DNA of 54,893 nt from Acidobacteriota bacterium (GTDB lineage Bacteria; Acidobacteriota; Vicinamibacteria; Vicinamibacterales; CAVVIG01): the NCBI GenBank assembly GCA_023265155.1, contig JAHFUL010000003.1, positions 7,915 through 62,807 on the forward strand. The letters run 5' to 3'. Below, piece after piece: positions 26,422 through 34,900 of this stretch. The position numbers were made by a program, and so were the translations under genes. The stretch's first letter is position 1. Each line of letters starts with the position of its first letter. A model generated the notes under the pieces. That model ran no database searches. It had not been told where the DNA came from and saw nothing but the letters and a program-made list of their open reading frames with translations.

Positions 26422-27306
26422 ATGGCCATCACAGCGAGCGACGTCAAGAAGCTCCGCGACCAGACCGGCGCGGGGATGATGGATTGCAAGGCCGCCCTCG
26501 AGGAAGCAGGCGGCAACTTCGACGAGGCCAACACGATTCTGCGCAAGAAAGGACTGGCGAGCGCCGCCAAGAAAATTGGACGAGTGACCAAGGAAGGCCT
26601 CATCGGCCACCTGCTGTCCCCCGATGGATCGAAAGGCATCCTGGTGGAAGTCAATTGCGAGTCTGATTTCGTGGCACGCACCGACGACTTCCAGCAGCTC
26701 CTCAAAGACATCCTCGCCCAGATCGACGAGAAGGGCGACGCTGCAGACGAGGCGTGGGTGAAGGACCCCGCCGGGCCGGTGCAACAGCGCGTGGCCGCCG
26801 CCATCGGGAAGCTGGGGGAAAACATGGCGGTGCCTCGCTTCGTCCGGTACGCGGGTCAGGGCTACATCGGCCAGTACATTCACATGGGCGGGAAGATCGG
26901 CGTCCAGGTCGAGTTCGCGGGCGTCACGCCCGCCATCGGGGCACACGAGGAATTCGTGGCGCTGGCCAAGAAGATCGCCCAGCAGGTGGCGGCGGCCAGC
27001 CCCGAGGCACCGCGCTATGTGTCGCGAGCGGCAGTGCCCGCCGACGTGCTCGAGAAAGAACGATCCATCTACCGCGCGCAGATGGAACGCTCTGGCAAGC
27101 CGGCGAGCATCATCGACAAGATCGTCGAAGGCAAGCTCGGAAGCTTCTATTCACTCGTGGTTCTCCCCGACCAAGTGTCCATCCACGATTCGAAGGTGAC
27201 GGTTGCCGATTTGATCGGCGCAGCCAGCAAGGCGCTGGGATCGCCGATCACGCTGACGCGCTTCGCGCGGTTGAAAGTCGGAGAAGGTGCGCAGCCCGAT
27301 CTATAA
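26422..27306 (+). CDS. tsf: translation elongation factor Ts
   Basis: Start at MAITASDVKKLRDQTGAGMMDCKAALEE; classic EF-Ts UBA-like N-terminus. Confidence 0.94.
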   Translation: MAITASDVKKLRDQTGAGMMDCKAALEEAGGNFDEANTILRKKGLASAAKKIGRVTKEGLIGHLLSPDGSKGILVEVNCESDFVARTDDFQQLLKDILAQIDEKGDAADEAWVKDPAGPVQQRVAAAIGKLGENMAVPRFVRYAGQGYIGQYIHMGGKIGVQVEFAGVTPAIGAHEEFVALAKKIAQQVAAASPEAPRYVSRAAVPADVLEKERSIYRAQMERSGKPASIIDKIVEGKLGSFYSLVVLPDQVSIHDSKVTVADLIGAASKALGSPITLTRFARLKVGEGAQPDL

Positions 27307-27315
27307 TCGTTCCCC

Positions 27316-28041
27316 GTGGCTGCCTCTTCCCCTCCCGCCTACAAGCGCGTTCTCCTGAAGCTCTCCGGCGAGGCGCTCATGGGCGACCAAAGCTACGGCA
27401 TCGATCCGGCCGTGGCCACGCAAGTCGCCAAGGACGTCGCCGAGATACAGGGGATGGGGGTGCAGACCGCGATCGTGATCGGCGGCGGCAACATCTTCCG
27501 CGGCGTTGCGGCAAGCGCCCGCGGCATGGATCGCGCAACCGCCGACTACATGGGCATGCTGGCGACGGTGATCAATGCTCTCGCGCTGCAGGATGCCCTC
27601 GAACAGCAGGGCGTGGTCACCCGCGTGGTCACCGCCATCGAAATGCGCGCGGTCGCCGAGCCGTTCATTCGTCGCCGCTCGATCCGGCATCTCGAAAAGG
27701 GCCGGGTCGTGGTCTTTGGCGCCGGCACCGGCAACCCGTACTTCAGCACCGATACGGCCGCCGCCCTGCGGGCCATGGAGATGAAGGCGGACGTCATCCT
27801 CAAGGCGACACGGGTCGACGGCATCTACGACGCCGATCCATTGCTCCACGCCGATGCGACTCGCTTCGATCGCATCTCGTATCTTCAGGTGCTCGAACAG
27901 GGCCTCAAGGTCATGGACGCCACCGCGATCTCGCTGTGCATGGACAACCGCCTGCCCATTGTCGTGTTCAACCTGCGCACGCCAGGCAATATCAAACGCG
28001 CGATCAGTGGTGAGCCCATCGGATCACTGGTCACGGCGTGA
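27316..28041 (+). CDS. pyrH: UMP kinase
   Basis: [46 protein letters not shown] motifs. Confidence 0.94.
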   Translation: MAASSPPAYKRVLLKLSGEALMGDQSYGIDPAVATQVAKDVAEIQGMGVQTAIVIGGGNIFRGVAASARGMDRATADYMGMLATVINALALQDALEQQGVVTRVVTAIEMRAVAEPFIRRRSIRHLEKGRVVVFGAGTGNPYFSTDTAAALRAMEMKADVILKATRVDGIYDADPLLHADATRFDRISYLQVLEQGLKVMDATAISLCMDNRLPIVVFNLRTPGNIKRAISGEPIGSLVTA

Positions 28042-28045
28042 ACTG

Positions 28046-28115
28046 AATGCAAGGATTTGAGGATTTGGGAATGTAAGAATGTGACTGACATCCTTACATC
28101 TTCACATCTTCAAAT
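28046..28115. repeat. short-period low-complexity tract with the 14-mer AAGGATTTGAGGAT and an imperfect hairpin
   Basis: 14-mer at 28051-28064. Hairpin ATGTAAGAATG / CATCCTTACAT. Lies between pyrH and frr. Confidence 0.8.
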
Positions 28116-28133
28116 TTCACCGGAGTCCCTCCC

Positions 28134-28703
28134 ATGGATGTGAACGACCTGAAGGGTCTGTTTGCCGAGGTCACCAAGCGGATGACCACCGCGCTCGAAC
28201 ATGTGCGCCATGAGCTCGGGGGCGTGCGCACCGGGCGCGCCTCGGTCACGATTCTGGACAGCGTGCACGTCATGGCCTATGGCACGAAAATGCCGCTCAA
28301 TCAGCTTGCGGGTCTCTCGGTGCCGGAGCCGGCGCTCATTGTCGCGCAGCCGTTCGATCCCTCGCTGCTCGCTGCCATCGAAAAGGCCATTCGCGCGTCG
28401 GATCTCGGCCTGAACCCGGCGAACGATGGCAAGGTCGTGAGGATTCCGATTCCTTCCCTCACCGAAGAGCGTCGCAAGGAACTGTCCCGCCACGTGCACA
28501 AGCTCACCGAGGAGGGCCGCAACAGCATCCGCCAGGTTCGTCGGGACGCGAACGAACGGCTGAAGAAACTGCTGAAGGATTCGAAGATTTCCGAGGACGA
28601 TGAGAAGAAGGGTCTGGATGAAGTTCAGCGCATCACCGACAACCACATCAGGCTCGTCGACGATCTGCAGAAGAAGAAGGACGCCGACCTGCTCGGGAAG
28701 TAG
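28134..28703 (+). CDS. frr: ribosome recycling factor
   Basis: RTGRASVTILDSV, IPIPSLTEERRKEL, RRDANERLKKL motifs. Confidence 0.94.
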   Translation: MDVNDLKGLFAEVTKRMTTALEHVRHELGGVRTGRASVTILDSVHVMAYGTKMPLNQLAGLSVPEPALIVAQPFDPSLLAAIEKAIRASDLGLNPANDGKVVRIPIPSLTEERRKELSRHVHKLTEEGRNSIRQVRRDANERLKKLLKDSKISEDDEKKGLDEVQRITDNHIRLVDDLQKKKDADLLGK

Positions 28704-28710
28704 CTTCGGT

Positions 28711-28735
28711 ACGTAGTGTCCGGCTTTAGCCGGAC
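28711..28735. repeat. REP family A-like hairpin at the convergent frr/pfk gene ends (possible bidirectional terminator)
   Basis: ACGTAGT-GTCCGGC-TTTA-GCCGGAC. No U-tract. Confidence 0.6.
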
Positions 28736-28771
28736 CTGCCGATAGTCCGCCTCCCAGGCAACTCCTGCTTT

Positions 28772-29851
28772 CTAGTCCCCGAAGGTCACCCCCAGCGCCC
28801 TCGCCGTCAGCACCAGATCGAAATCGGGCGGCACGGTCTTGGCCTTGCCGACAACGTCTTCCAGCCGCCTCGCCACGATGTCCGGCGGAGCGGAGGCCAC
28901 CATCGTCCCGAAGTCGTCCTGCTTGATGAGCTCCACCGCTTTCGCTCCAAAGCGCGTGGCCAGGACGCGGTCGAAGCTCGTCGGAGCTCCTCCCCGCTGA
29001 AGATGACCGAGCACCACCGATCGCGTTTCCTTGCCGGTGACCTTCGCGAGAGCCGAACAGACTCGCGCGCCGATCCCGCCCAGCCGCTCCACGTGTCCCT
29101 GCTGCGCTTCCTCGAGGAGCTCGAGCTTCCCGCCCTTCGGAAATGCACCTTCCGCCACCACGACGATGCTGAACCGCGCGCCCCAGCGATCGCGTTCCAT
29201 CAGCCGCTCGGCGAGAGCGGTCAGATCGAAGGGAATCTCCGGGATCAGAATGGCGTCGGCGCCGCCGCCCACGCCGGAGTACAGTGCGATCCAACCGGCG
29301 TAGCGCCCCATCACTTCCACGACCATGATGCGCTTGTGCGCTTCCGCGGTCGTGTGCAGCCGGTCGATGGCATCGGTGGCAAACGCAACGGCGGTATCGA
29401 AGCCGAAGCAGTTGGTCGTGCCGGCGATGTCGTTGTCGATGGTTTTCGGGACACCGACGACGGGAATGCCCAGCCTGTAGAACTGGTGAGCGATGGCCAG
29501 CGTGCCGTCCCCGCCGATGACAACCAGCGCACCGAGGCCCATCTTGTGGAACATCTCGACGACGCGATCGGAATAGTCCTTCGTTCCCTCGGACGTGACG
29601 ATCGGATGGGCGAACGGGTTGCCACGGTTCGTGGTGCCCAGGATGGTGCCGCCGAGCCGCAGGATCCCGGTGACGTCGCGCGGCGTGAGTGGGCGCGAGC
29701 GGCCGGGTTCGATGAGGCCATCGAAGCTGTCCTCGAGGCCGATGCACTCGATGCCGCTGTTGCAGGCGGATTTGACGACCGCCCGGATGACGGCGTTGAG
29801 GCCTGGCGCGTCTCCACCGCCGGTGAGTACGCCGATGCGCTGGACGGTCAC
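28772..29851 (-). CDS. pfkA: 6-phosphofructokinase
   Basis: IGVLTGGGDAPGLNA, VIGGDGTL, VPKTIDNDI, VEVMGRYAGW motifs. Confidence 0.88.
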   Translation of the reverse strand: MTVQRIGVLTGGGDAPGLNAVIRAVVKSACNSGIECIGLEDSFDGLIEPGRSRPLTPRDVTGILRLGGTILGTTNRGNPFAHPIVTSEGTKDYSDRVVEMFHKMGLGALVVIGGDGTLAIAHQFYRLGIPVVGVPKTIDNDIAGTTNCFGFDTAVAFATDAIDRLHTTAEAHKRIMVVEVMGRYAGWIALYSGVGGGADAILIPEIPFDLTALAERLMERDRWGARFSIVVVAEGAFPKGGKLELLEEAQQGHVERLGGIGARVCSALAKVTGKETRSVVLGHLQRGGAPTSFDRVLATRFGAKAVELIKQDDFGTMVASAPPDIVARRLEDVVGKAKTVPPDFDLVLTARALGVTFGD

Positions 29852-29932
29852 GGAAGGGACTATAGCAAATGGATGCGGCAGCCGCGTTGCGAGCGCGGAA
29901 ACGCGCGTGCTAGACTTCTTATTCGGTCCAAT

Positions 29933-30008
29933 GGGCGGCTAGCTCAGTTGGGAGAGCGCCGCGTTCGCAACGCGGAGGCCGCGAGTTCGAGCCTCGCGCC
30001 GTCCACCA
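29933..30008 (+). tRNA. tRNA-Ala, anticodon CGC, CCA encoded
   Basis: Manual cloverleaf: acceptor GGGCGGC/GCCGTCC with the G3:U70 Ala identity pair, anticodon loop TTCGCAA, T-loop TTCGAGC, 76 nt. Confidence 0.9.
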
Positions 30009-30063
30009 CACGTTTTCCAACCGTCCGATTTCCGTTCTGCCACATTCTGCCCATCGATGCCGC

Positions 30064-30270
30064 GAAGCTGTCGAGCGCGCCGATTTTCCGCTGCCCGGTC
30101 GGGTGGGTGTAGCGCTCGAGCATCCGCGTCGACGAGTGCCCCGAGATGGCGATCACCGTGTAGTCGTCGAACCCGCCCGCGATCGTCTGGCTCAGGGCCG
30201 TGTGTCGCAGGGTGTGCAGCGTGACGTCGCCGGTCGTCATGCCGGCGCGCACCACGGCCCGCTTGAACCC
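30064..30270 (-). pseudogene. C-terminal remnant of a tyrosine recombinase (phage-type integrase)
   Basis: FKRAVVRAGM..VTLHTLRHTA...ISGHSSTRMLERYTH carries the H-x-x-R and catalytic Tyr boxes. About three quarters of the protein is missing. The frame runs on into the tRNA gene. Confidence 0.7.
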
Positions 30271-30379
30271 GTCGACCCCCTGTAGCGCTTGTCGGCATCG
30301 CCACGCGAAGTCTACGTTGCCCCGTAACGACGAGAAAAGCCTTTACAAGACCCACCGCCGGCCCCCACTATCGGGCGCG

Positions 30380-31942
30380 ATGGGTCGAATAATTTGGGCA
30401 GGACTGGCCGTCCTCCTCGTCGGAGCCTTCCTTCGTCCTCGGGCCGTCAGCACTGAGGTGTCCGCCGCAGGAACGTGCGCCGATCTCGCGGGGATCACGA
30501 TCCCGAGTGTCATCATCACTTCGGCACAGGATGTACCCGCCGGGCCGTTTACGCCGCCTGGCGGCAGTCGAGCCATGACTGTTCCGGCGTTCTGCCGTCT
30601 TGCTGCCGTCGCGACGCCGACGAGCGATTCGCGGATCGGCATCGAAGTGTGGATCCCGGCTGGGGAGGCCTGGAACGGGAAGCTGCTCGGGACGGCCAAC
30701 GGAGGGTTTTCCGGCGCCATCGCCTTCGCGGCCATGGCCGCCGGCCTCACGCGCGGCTACGCGACCGTTGGCACCGACACGGGCCACAGCGGCGACGAGT
30801 TGGAGTTCGGCCGGGGACACCCGGAGAAAATCGTCGACTGGGCGTACCGATCGGTCCATGTGATGACTGAGCTCGCCAAGCTCGTCGTGCGCGATTATCG
30901 TGGACGATTCCCGGATCGCTCGTATTTCGAAGGCTGCTCGACCGGCGGCCAACAGGCCCTCAGCGAAGCACAGCGCTTTCCGCGGGATTACGACGGCATC
31001 ATCGCGGGCGATCCTGGACACAATCGTACGCGCCTCATTCTGGGATTCCTGTGGTCATGGATCGCCGTCCATACGAGCGACGGACGCCCGGTCCTGCCGC
31101 CGGCCACGTTGTCGCTGCTCACGAAGGCGGCCATCGCGGCGTGCGACGCCAGCGACGGCTTGAAGGACGGTCTCGTTGACGACCCCCGCTCCTGCCGGTT
31201 CGATCCCTCCTCTCTGACCTGCCGCGGCGCTCAAAGCGAGTCGTGTTTGACCGAGGGGCAGGTCGTCGCCGTCAAGAAGGTCTACGACGGCGCCCGGAAT
31301 CCCCGGACGGGCGAGCAGATCTTCCCGGGATGGGCGCGAGGCAGCGAGCAGGGATGGGGCACCTACATCCTGAATCCGTCGGAGCCGATGCGCATCGGCT
31401 TCTTTCGATACTTCACGTTCCACGATCCGAAATGGGATTGGCGCACGTTCGATTGGGATCGGGACGTGGCGTTTGTCGACGAACAGGTTCCCTTTCTCAG
31501 CGCGACCTCGCGCGACCTGCGCGCCTTCAAGTCGAATCGCGGCAAACTGATCATGTACACCGGCTGGGCCGATCCGGTCGTGCCGCCGCAGGATACGGTG
31601 ACCTATTACGAGGATGTCGTGAAGGCGATGGGCGGGTCGAGGGAGACGCAGACATTCTTCAGGTTTTTCCCCGTGCCGGGCATGGGTCACTGCACGGGCG
31701 GTCCGGGGCCAAGTTCGTTCGACGCGCTGAGCGCATTGGAACGGTGGAGCGAGCACGACGTCGCGCCCGAACAGCTCATCGCTTCGCACTCGTCAAACGG
31801 CGCGGTGGATCGCACGCGGCCGCTCTGCGCGTACCCGAAGGTCGCACGCTATCGCGGCACCGGGAGTGTCGATGCGGCGGCGAGCTTTGCCTGCGTTGAG
31901 CCAACGCCGCGCGGTCGATCGGGCGGACCGGGCCGTCAGTAA
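30380..31942 (+). CDS. secreted tannase/feruloyl esterase family hydrolase
   Basis: Signal peptide at ATG 30380. Nucleophile motif FEGCSTGGQQAL. Length and Cys pattern typical of the tannase family. Confidence 0.85.
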   Translation: MGRIIWAGLAVLLVGAFLRPRAVSTEVSAAGTCADLAGITIPSVIITSAQDVPAGPFTPPGGSRAMTVPAFCRLAAVATPTSDSRIGIEVWIPAGEAWNGKLLGTANGGFSGAIAFAAMAAGLTRGYATVGTDTGHSGDELEFGRGHPEKIVDWAYRSVHVMTELAKLVVRDYRGRFPDRSYFEGCSTGGQQALSEAQRFPRDYDGIIAGDPGHNRTRLILGFLWSWIAVHTSDGRPVLPPATLSLLTKAAIAACDASDGLKDGLVDDPRSCRFDPSSLTCRGAQSESCLTEGQVVAVKKVYDGARNPRTGEQIFPGWARGSEQGWGTYILNPSEPMRIGFFRYFTFHDPKWDWRTFDWDRDVAFVDEQVPFLSATSRDLRAFKSNRGKLIMYTGWADPVVPPQDTVTYYEDVVKAMGGSRETQTFFRFFPVPGMGHCTGGPGPSSFDALSALERWSEHDVAPEQLIASHSSNGAVDRTRPLCAYPKVARYRGTGSVDAAASFACVEPTPRGRSGGPGRQ

Positions 31943-31951
31943 ACCGACGGC

Positions 31952-33247
31952 ATGCTCGCGCTGCTTGGCCTCGCCACGGTGCTCCTCGTGCTCGCGCTCA
32001 TCATGAGCCGGCTGATGTCCCCGCTGGTCGCCCTGATTGCCGTCCCGACGACGGCGGCCCTGGTTGGCGGGTTCGGCCTGGATACCGCCCCATTCATCCT
32101 GAGTGGCGTGCAGCAGACGGCCTCAGTGGCCGCGATGTTCGTCTTCGCGATTCTCTACTTCGGCATCATGACTGACGCCGGCATGCTCGATCCAATCGTC
32201 GAGCGGATTCTGCTCGCAGTCGGCATCCGGCCGACCCGCATTGTGGTCGGCTCAGCGCTGCTCGCGTTGCTCGTGCACCTCGATGGCTCGGGCGCGGTGA
32301 CGTTTCTCGTGACGGTGCCCGCCATGTTGCCGCTGTTCGAGCGGCTGCGCATGGACAAGCGGATTCTCGCCTGCGTGGTGTCGATGGCCGCCGGTGTGAA
32401 CTTCCTGCCGTGGACCGGGCCGATGCTTCGCGCATCCGCGGCGCTGCATATCTCGACCACCGATCTCTTCAGGCCGCTGATTCCCGTGCAGATCGTTGGC
32501 TTGACGTTTGTGTTCATCGTCGCCTATCTGCTCGGCAGGCGAGAGGAGCGGCGGCTGGGATCGTCCGCGGCCGACGCCGCTCCCGTGGCTCGGCGACAAC
32601 TGACCGTTGAAGAGCAGGCAAACCGACGGCCGGGTCGATTTTGGATCAACGTGCTGCTGACGCTCTTCCTCATGGCCGTCATGGTCAGCGGCCTTGTCGA
32701 CCCCGCCATCATGTTCATGACCGGCACGGCTGCGGCTCTCATGATCAACTATCCCGCGTCCGACCTGCAGCGCGCGCGGGTCGACGCCCACGCGAGGGCG
32801 GCCGTGATGATGGCGGCGATTCTGCTCGCGGCCGGCGCGTTCACCGGCATCATGAAGGGATCGGGCATGCTGGCCGCGATGGCCGCGTCGGCCGTGCACG
32901 CCGTCCCGCCGGCCATGGCGCCTCATCTTCCCTTCGCCCTCGGCCTGGCGTCGATGCCCCTGAGTCTGTTGTTCGATCCCGACTCCTTCTATCTCGGGGC
33001 CCTGCCGGTCATCGCCGAGGTCGGCAAGACCCTCGGGATTGCGCCAATTCAGATTGGCCAGGCGGCCCTGCTCGGCCAGATGACAACCGGATTTCCCGTG
33101 AGCCCGCTGACTCCCGCGACGTTTCTCGTCGTCGGCCTGACGGGCATCGATCTCGGCGAGCATCAGCGCTACACTGCGCCTCTGCTCTTCCTGGCCTCGA
33201 TCGTCATGACCATCGCCTGTGTGCTGCTCGGAGTGTTTGCGCTGTGA
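31952..33247 (+). CDS. CitMHS-family citrate/metal-citrate:H+ symporter
   Basis: Polytopic 431 aa; conserved CitMHS N-terminus and the C-terminal [17 protein letters not shown] segment. Confidence 0.82.
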   Translation: MLALLGLATVLLVLALIMSRLMSPLVALIAVPTTAALVGGFGLDTAPFILSGVQQTASVAAMFVFAILYFGIMTDAGMLDPIVERILLAVGIRPTRIVVGSALLALLVHLDGSGAVTFLVTVPAMLPLFERLRMDKRILACVVSMAAGVNFLPWTGPMLRASAALHISTTDLFRPLIPVQIVGLTFVFIVAYLLGRREERRLGSSAADAAPVARRQLTVEEQANRRPGRFWINVLLTLFLMAVMVSGLVDPAIMFMTGTAAALMINYPASDLQRARVDAHARAAVMMAAILLAAGAFTGIMKGSGMLAAMAASAVHAVPPAMAPHLPFALGLASMPLSLLFDPDSFYLGALPVIAEVGKTLGIAPIQIGQAALLGQMTTGFPVSPLTPATFLVVGLTGIDLGEHQRYTAPLLFLASIVMTIACVLLGVFAL

Positions 33248-34584
33248 AGACGATTCGGATCGGCTGCGGCGCGGGCTTTTCGGGCGACCGGATCGAGCCG
33301 GCGGTGGAGCTGGCGACGAAAGGCCATCTGGATTATCTGGTCTTCGAATGTCTCGCTGAACGCACGATCGCGCTGGCGCAGCAAGCCAAAGCGCGCGATC
33401 CCCGCAACGGCTACGACCCCTTGCTCGTCGAGCGGATCGAATCGGTGCTCCCGGCATGCGTCGAGCGCGACGTGACGATCATCACGAACATGGGTGCGGC
33501 CAATCCAGTGGCCGCCGCGGATGTGGTCAAGGAACTGGCCCGGAGGCTCGGTTGTCGCGGCCTGTCGATCGCCACAGTCACGGGCGACGACGTGCTCGAC
33601 CTCGTCGCGGGTGGTGACTTCGCCATCGCCGAGACGGGCGCGCCGGTCGCGACACTGCGGGATCGGCTGGTGTCGGCAAACGCGTACATCGGCGCCGAGC
33701 CTATCGCGCACGCAGTTGCCGGCGGGGCAGATGTCGTGATCACCGGTCGTGCCGCAGATCCTTCGCTGTTCGTGGGTCCGTTGGCCCACGAGCTCGGCTG
33801 GTCGATGGACGACTGGCCACAGCTTGGACGCGGCACGCTCGTCGGCCACCTGCTGGAATGTGCCGGGCAGATCACCGGTGGGTACTTCGCCGATCCGGGC
33901 TACAAGGACGTCGACAACCTGAGCCGCCTCGGCTTTCCGATCGCCGAAGTGCCCGAGCAAGGGCCAGCCGTGATCACCAAGGTAGCCGGGTCCGGCGGGC
34001 GGGTGACACCGGCGACCTGCAAAGAGCAACTGCTCTACGAGATCCACGATCCTGCCGCGTACATGACGCCCGACGCCATCGCCGATTTCAGCCAGGTCCG
34101 GATCACGGAGATCGATTGTGATCGCGTGGCGGTTGATGGGGCGACCGGCCGGCCGAGGCCCGGCCTGTTGAAAGTCTCGCTCGGCTACCGTGACGGCTAC
34201 ATCGGCGAAGGGCAGATCTCCTATGCGGGTTCTGGTGCGCTCGGACGTGCACGGTTGGCGGCGTGCGTCGTGCAGCAGCGGCTGAGCGATCTTGGAGTTC
34301 GGCCGGACGACGTACGATACGATCTCATTGGCGTGGACGCCCTGCACGGCGAGCGACTATCTGGCGCTAATCGCGAGCCCTACGAGGTGCGTGTCCGCGT
34401 TGCTGCGCGCACGCAGTCGATAGACGCTGCGCGACGAATCGGCAACGAGGTGGAAGCGCTGTACACGAACGGCCCGGCCGGCGGCGGTGGCGCGGCCAAG
34501 TCGACGCGTGAGGTGCTGTCCGTGGCGTCGACGTTCGTGCCGCGGGCACTCGTTTCCTGTACCGTCAGTTGTGAAGTCATCTGA
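33244..34584 (+). CDS. AtuA-like (acyclic terpene utilisation, DUF1446) family protein
   Basis: GTG 33244 in a GTGA overlap with the transporter stop. IRIGCGAGFSGDR...YLVFECLAERTIA N-terminus typical of the family. Confidence 0.8.
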   Translation: MKTIRIGCGAGFSGDRIEPAVELATKGHLDYLVFECLAERTIALAQQAKARDPRNGYDPLLVERIESVLPACVERDVTIITNMGAANPVAAADVVKELARRLGCRGLSIATVTGDDVLDLVAGGDFAIAETGAPVATLRDRLVSANAYIGAEPIAHAVAGGADVVITGRAADPSLFVGPLAHELGWSMDDWPQLGRGTLVGHLLECAGQITGGYFADPGYKDVDNLSRLGFPIAEVPEQGPAVITKVAGSGGRVTPATCKEQLLYEIHDPAAYMTPDAIADFSQVRITEIDCDRVAVDGATGRPRPGLLKVSLGYRDGYIGEGQISYAGSGALGRARLAACVVQQRLSDLGVRPDDVRYDLIGVDALHGERLSGANREPYEVRVRVAARTQSIDAARRIGNEVEALYTNGPAGGGGAAKSTREVLSVASTFVPRALVSCTVSCEVI

Positions 34585-34585
34585 G

Positions 34586-34900
34586 ATGAAGCTGCGTGGC
34601 ATCGGGCATTCGCGGAGCGGCGACAAGGGGACAATCGCCAACATCTCTCTTATCGCGTTCGACGAGCGCGACTATCCACGGCTCGCCCGCCACGTGACGG
34701 CCGCGCGTGTGAAAGCGCAGTTCGCAGACCTCGTCGGCGGAGACGTGATTCGATACGAGCTGCCGGCGATCGGCGCGTTGAATTTCGTGCTGCACGGCAT
34801 GCTGGGCGGCGGCGTGACGCGCACGCTGGCTCTCGACGCCCACGGCAAATCGCTGAGCTCGGCGTTACTCGAGATGGAGATCCCTGATGACGATTGCTGA
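34586..34900 (+). CDS. DUF4387-like small protein, the usual partner of AtuA-like genes
   Basis: ATG one nt after the AtuA stop. GHSRSGDKG motif. Confidence 0.7.
   Translation: MKLRGIGHSRSGDKGTIANISLIAFDERDYPRLARHVTAARVKAQFADLVGGDVIRYELPAIGALNFVLHGMLGGGVTRTLALDAHGKSLSSALLEMEIPDDDC

Noticed and set aside
32641-34584. 647-aa ORF suggesting a fusion protein upstream of the AtuA-like domain.
   Set aside because: The first 200 codons overlap the CitMHS transporter out of frame and are Arg/Gly/Asp junk. GTG 33244 in a GTGA overlap with the transporter stop gives the canonical AtuA N-terminus. The same logic trimmed thiE, pepP, pilM, pilP, rplM, tsf, cysN, livM, livG and the 38368 and 39201 genes.
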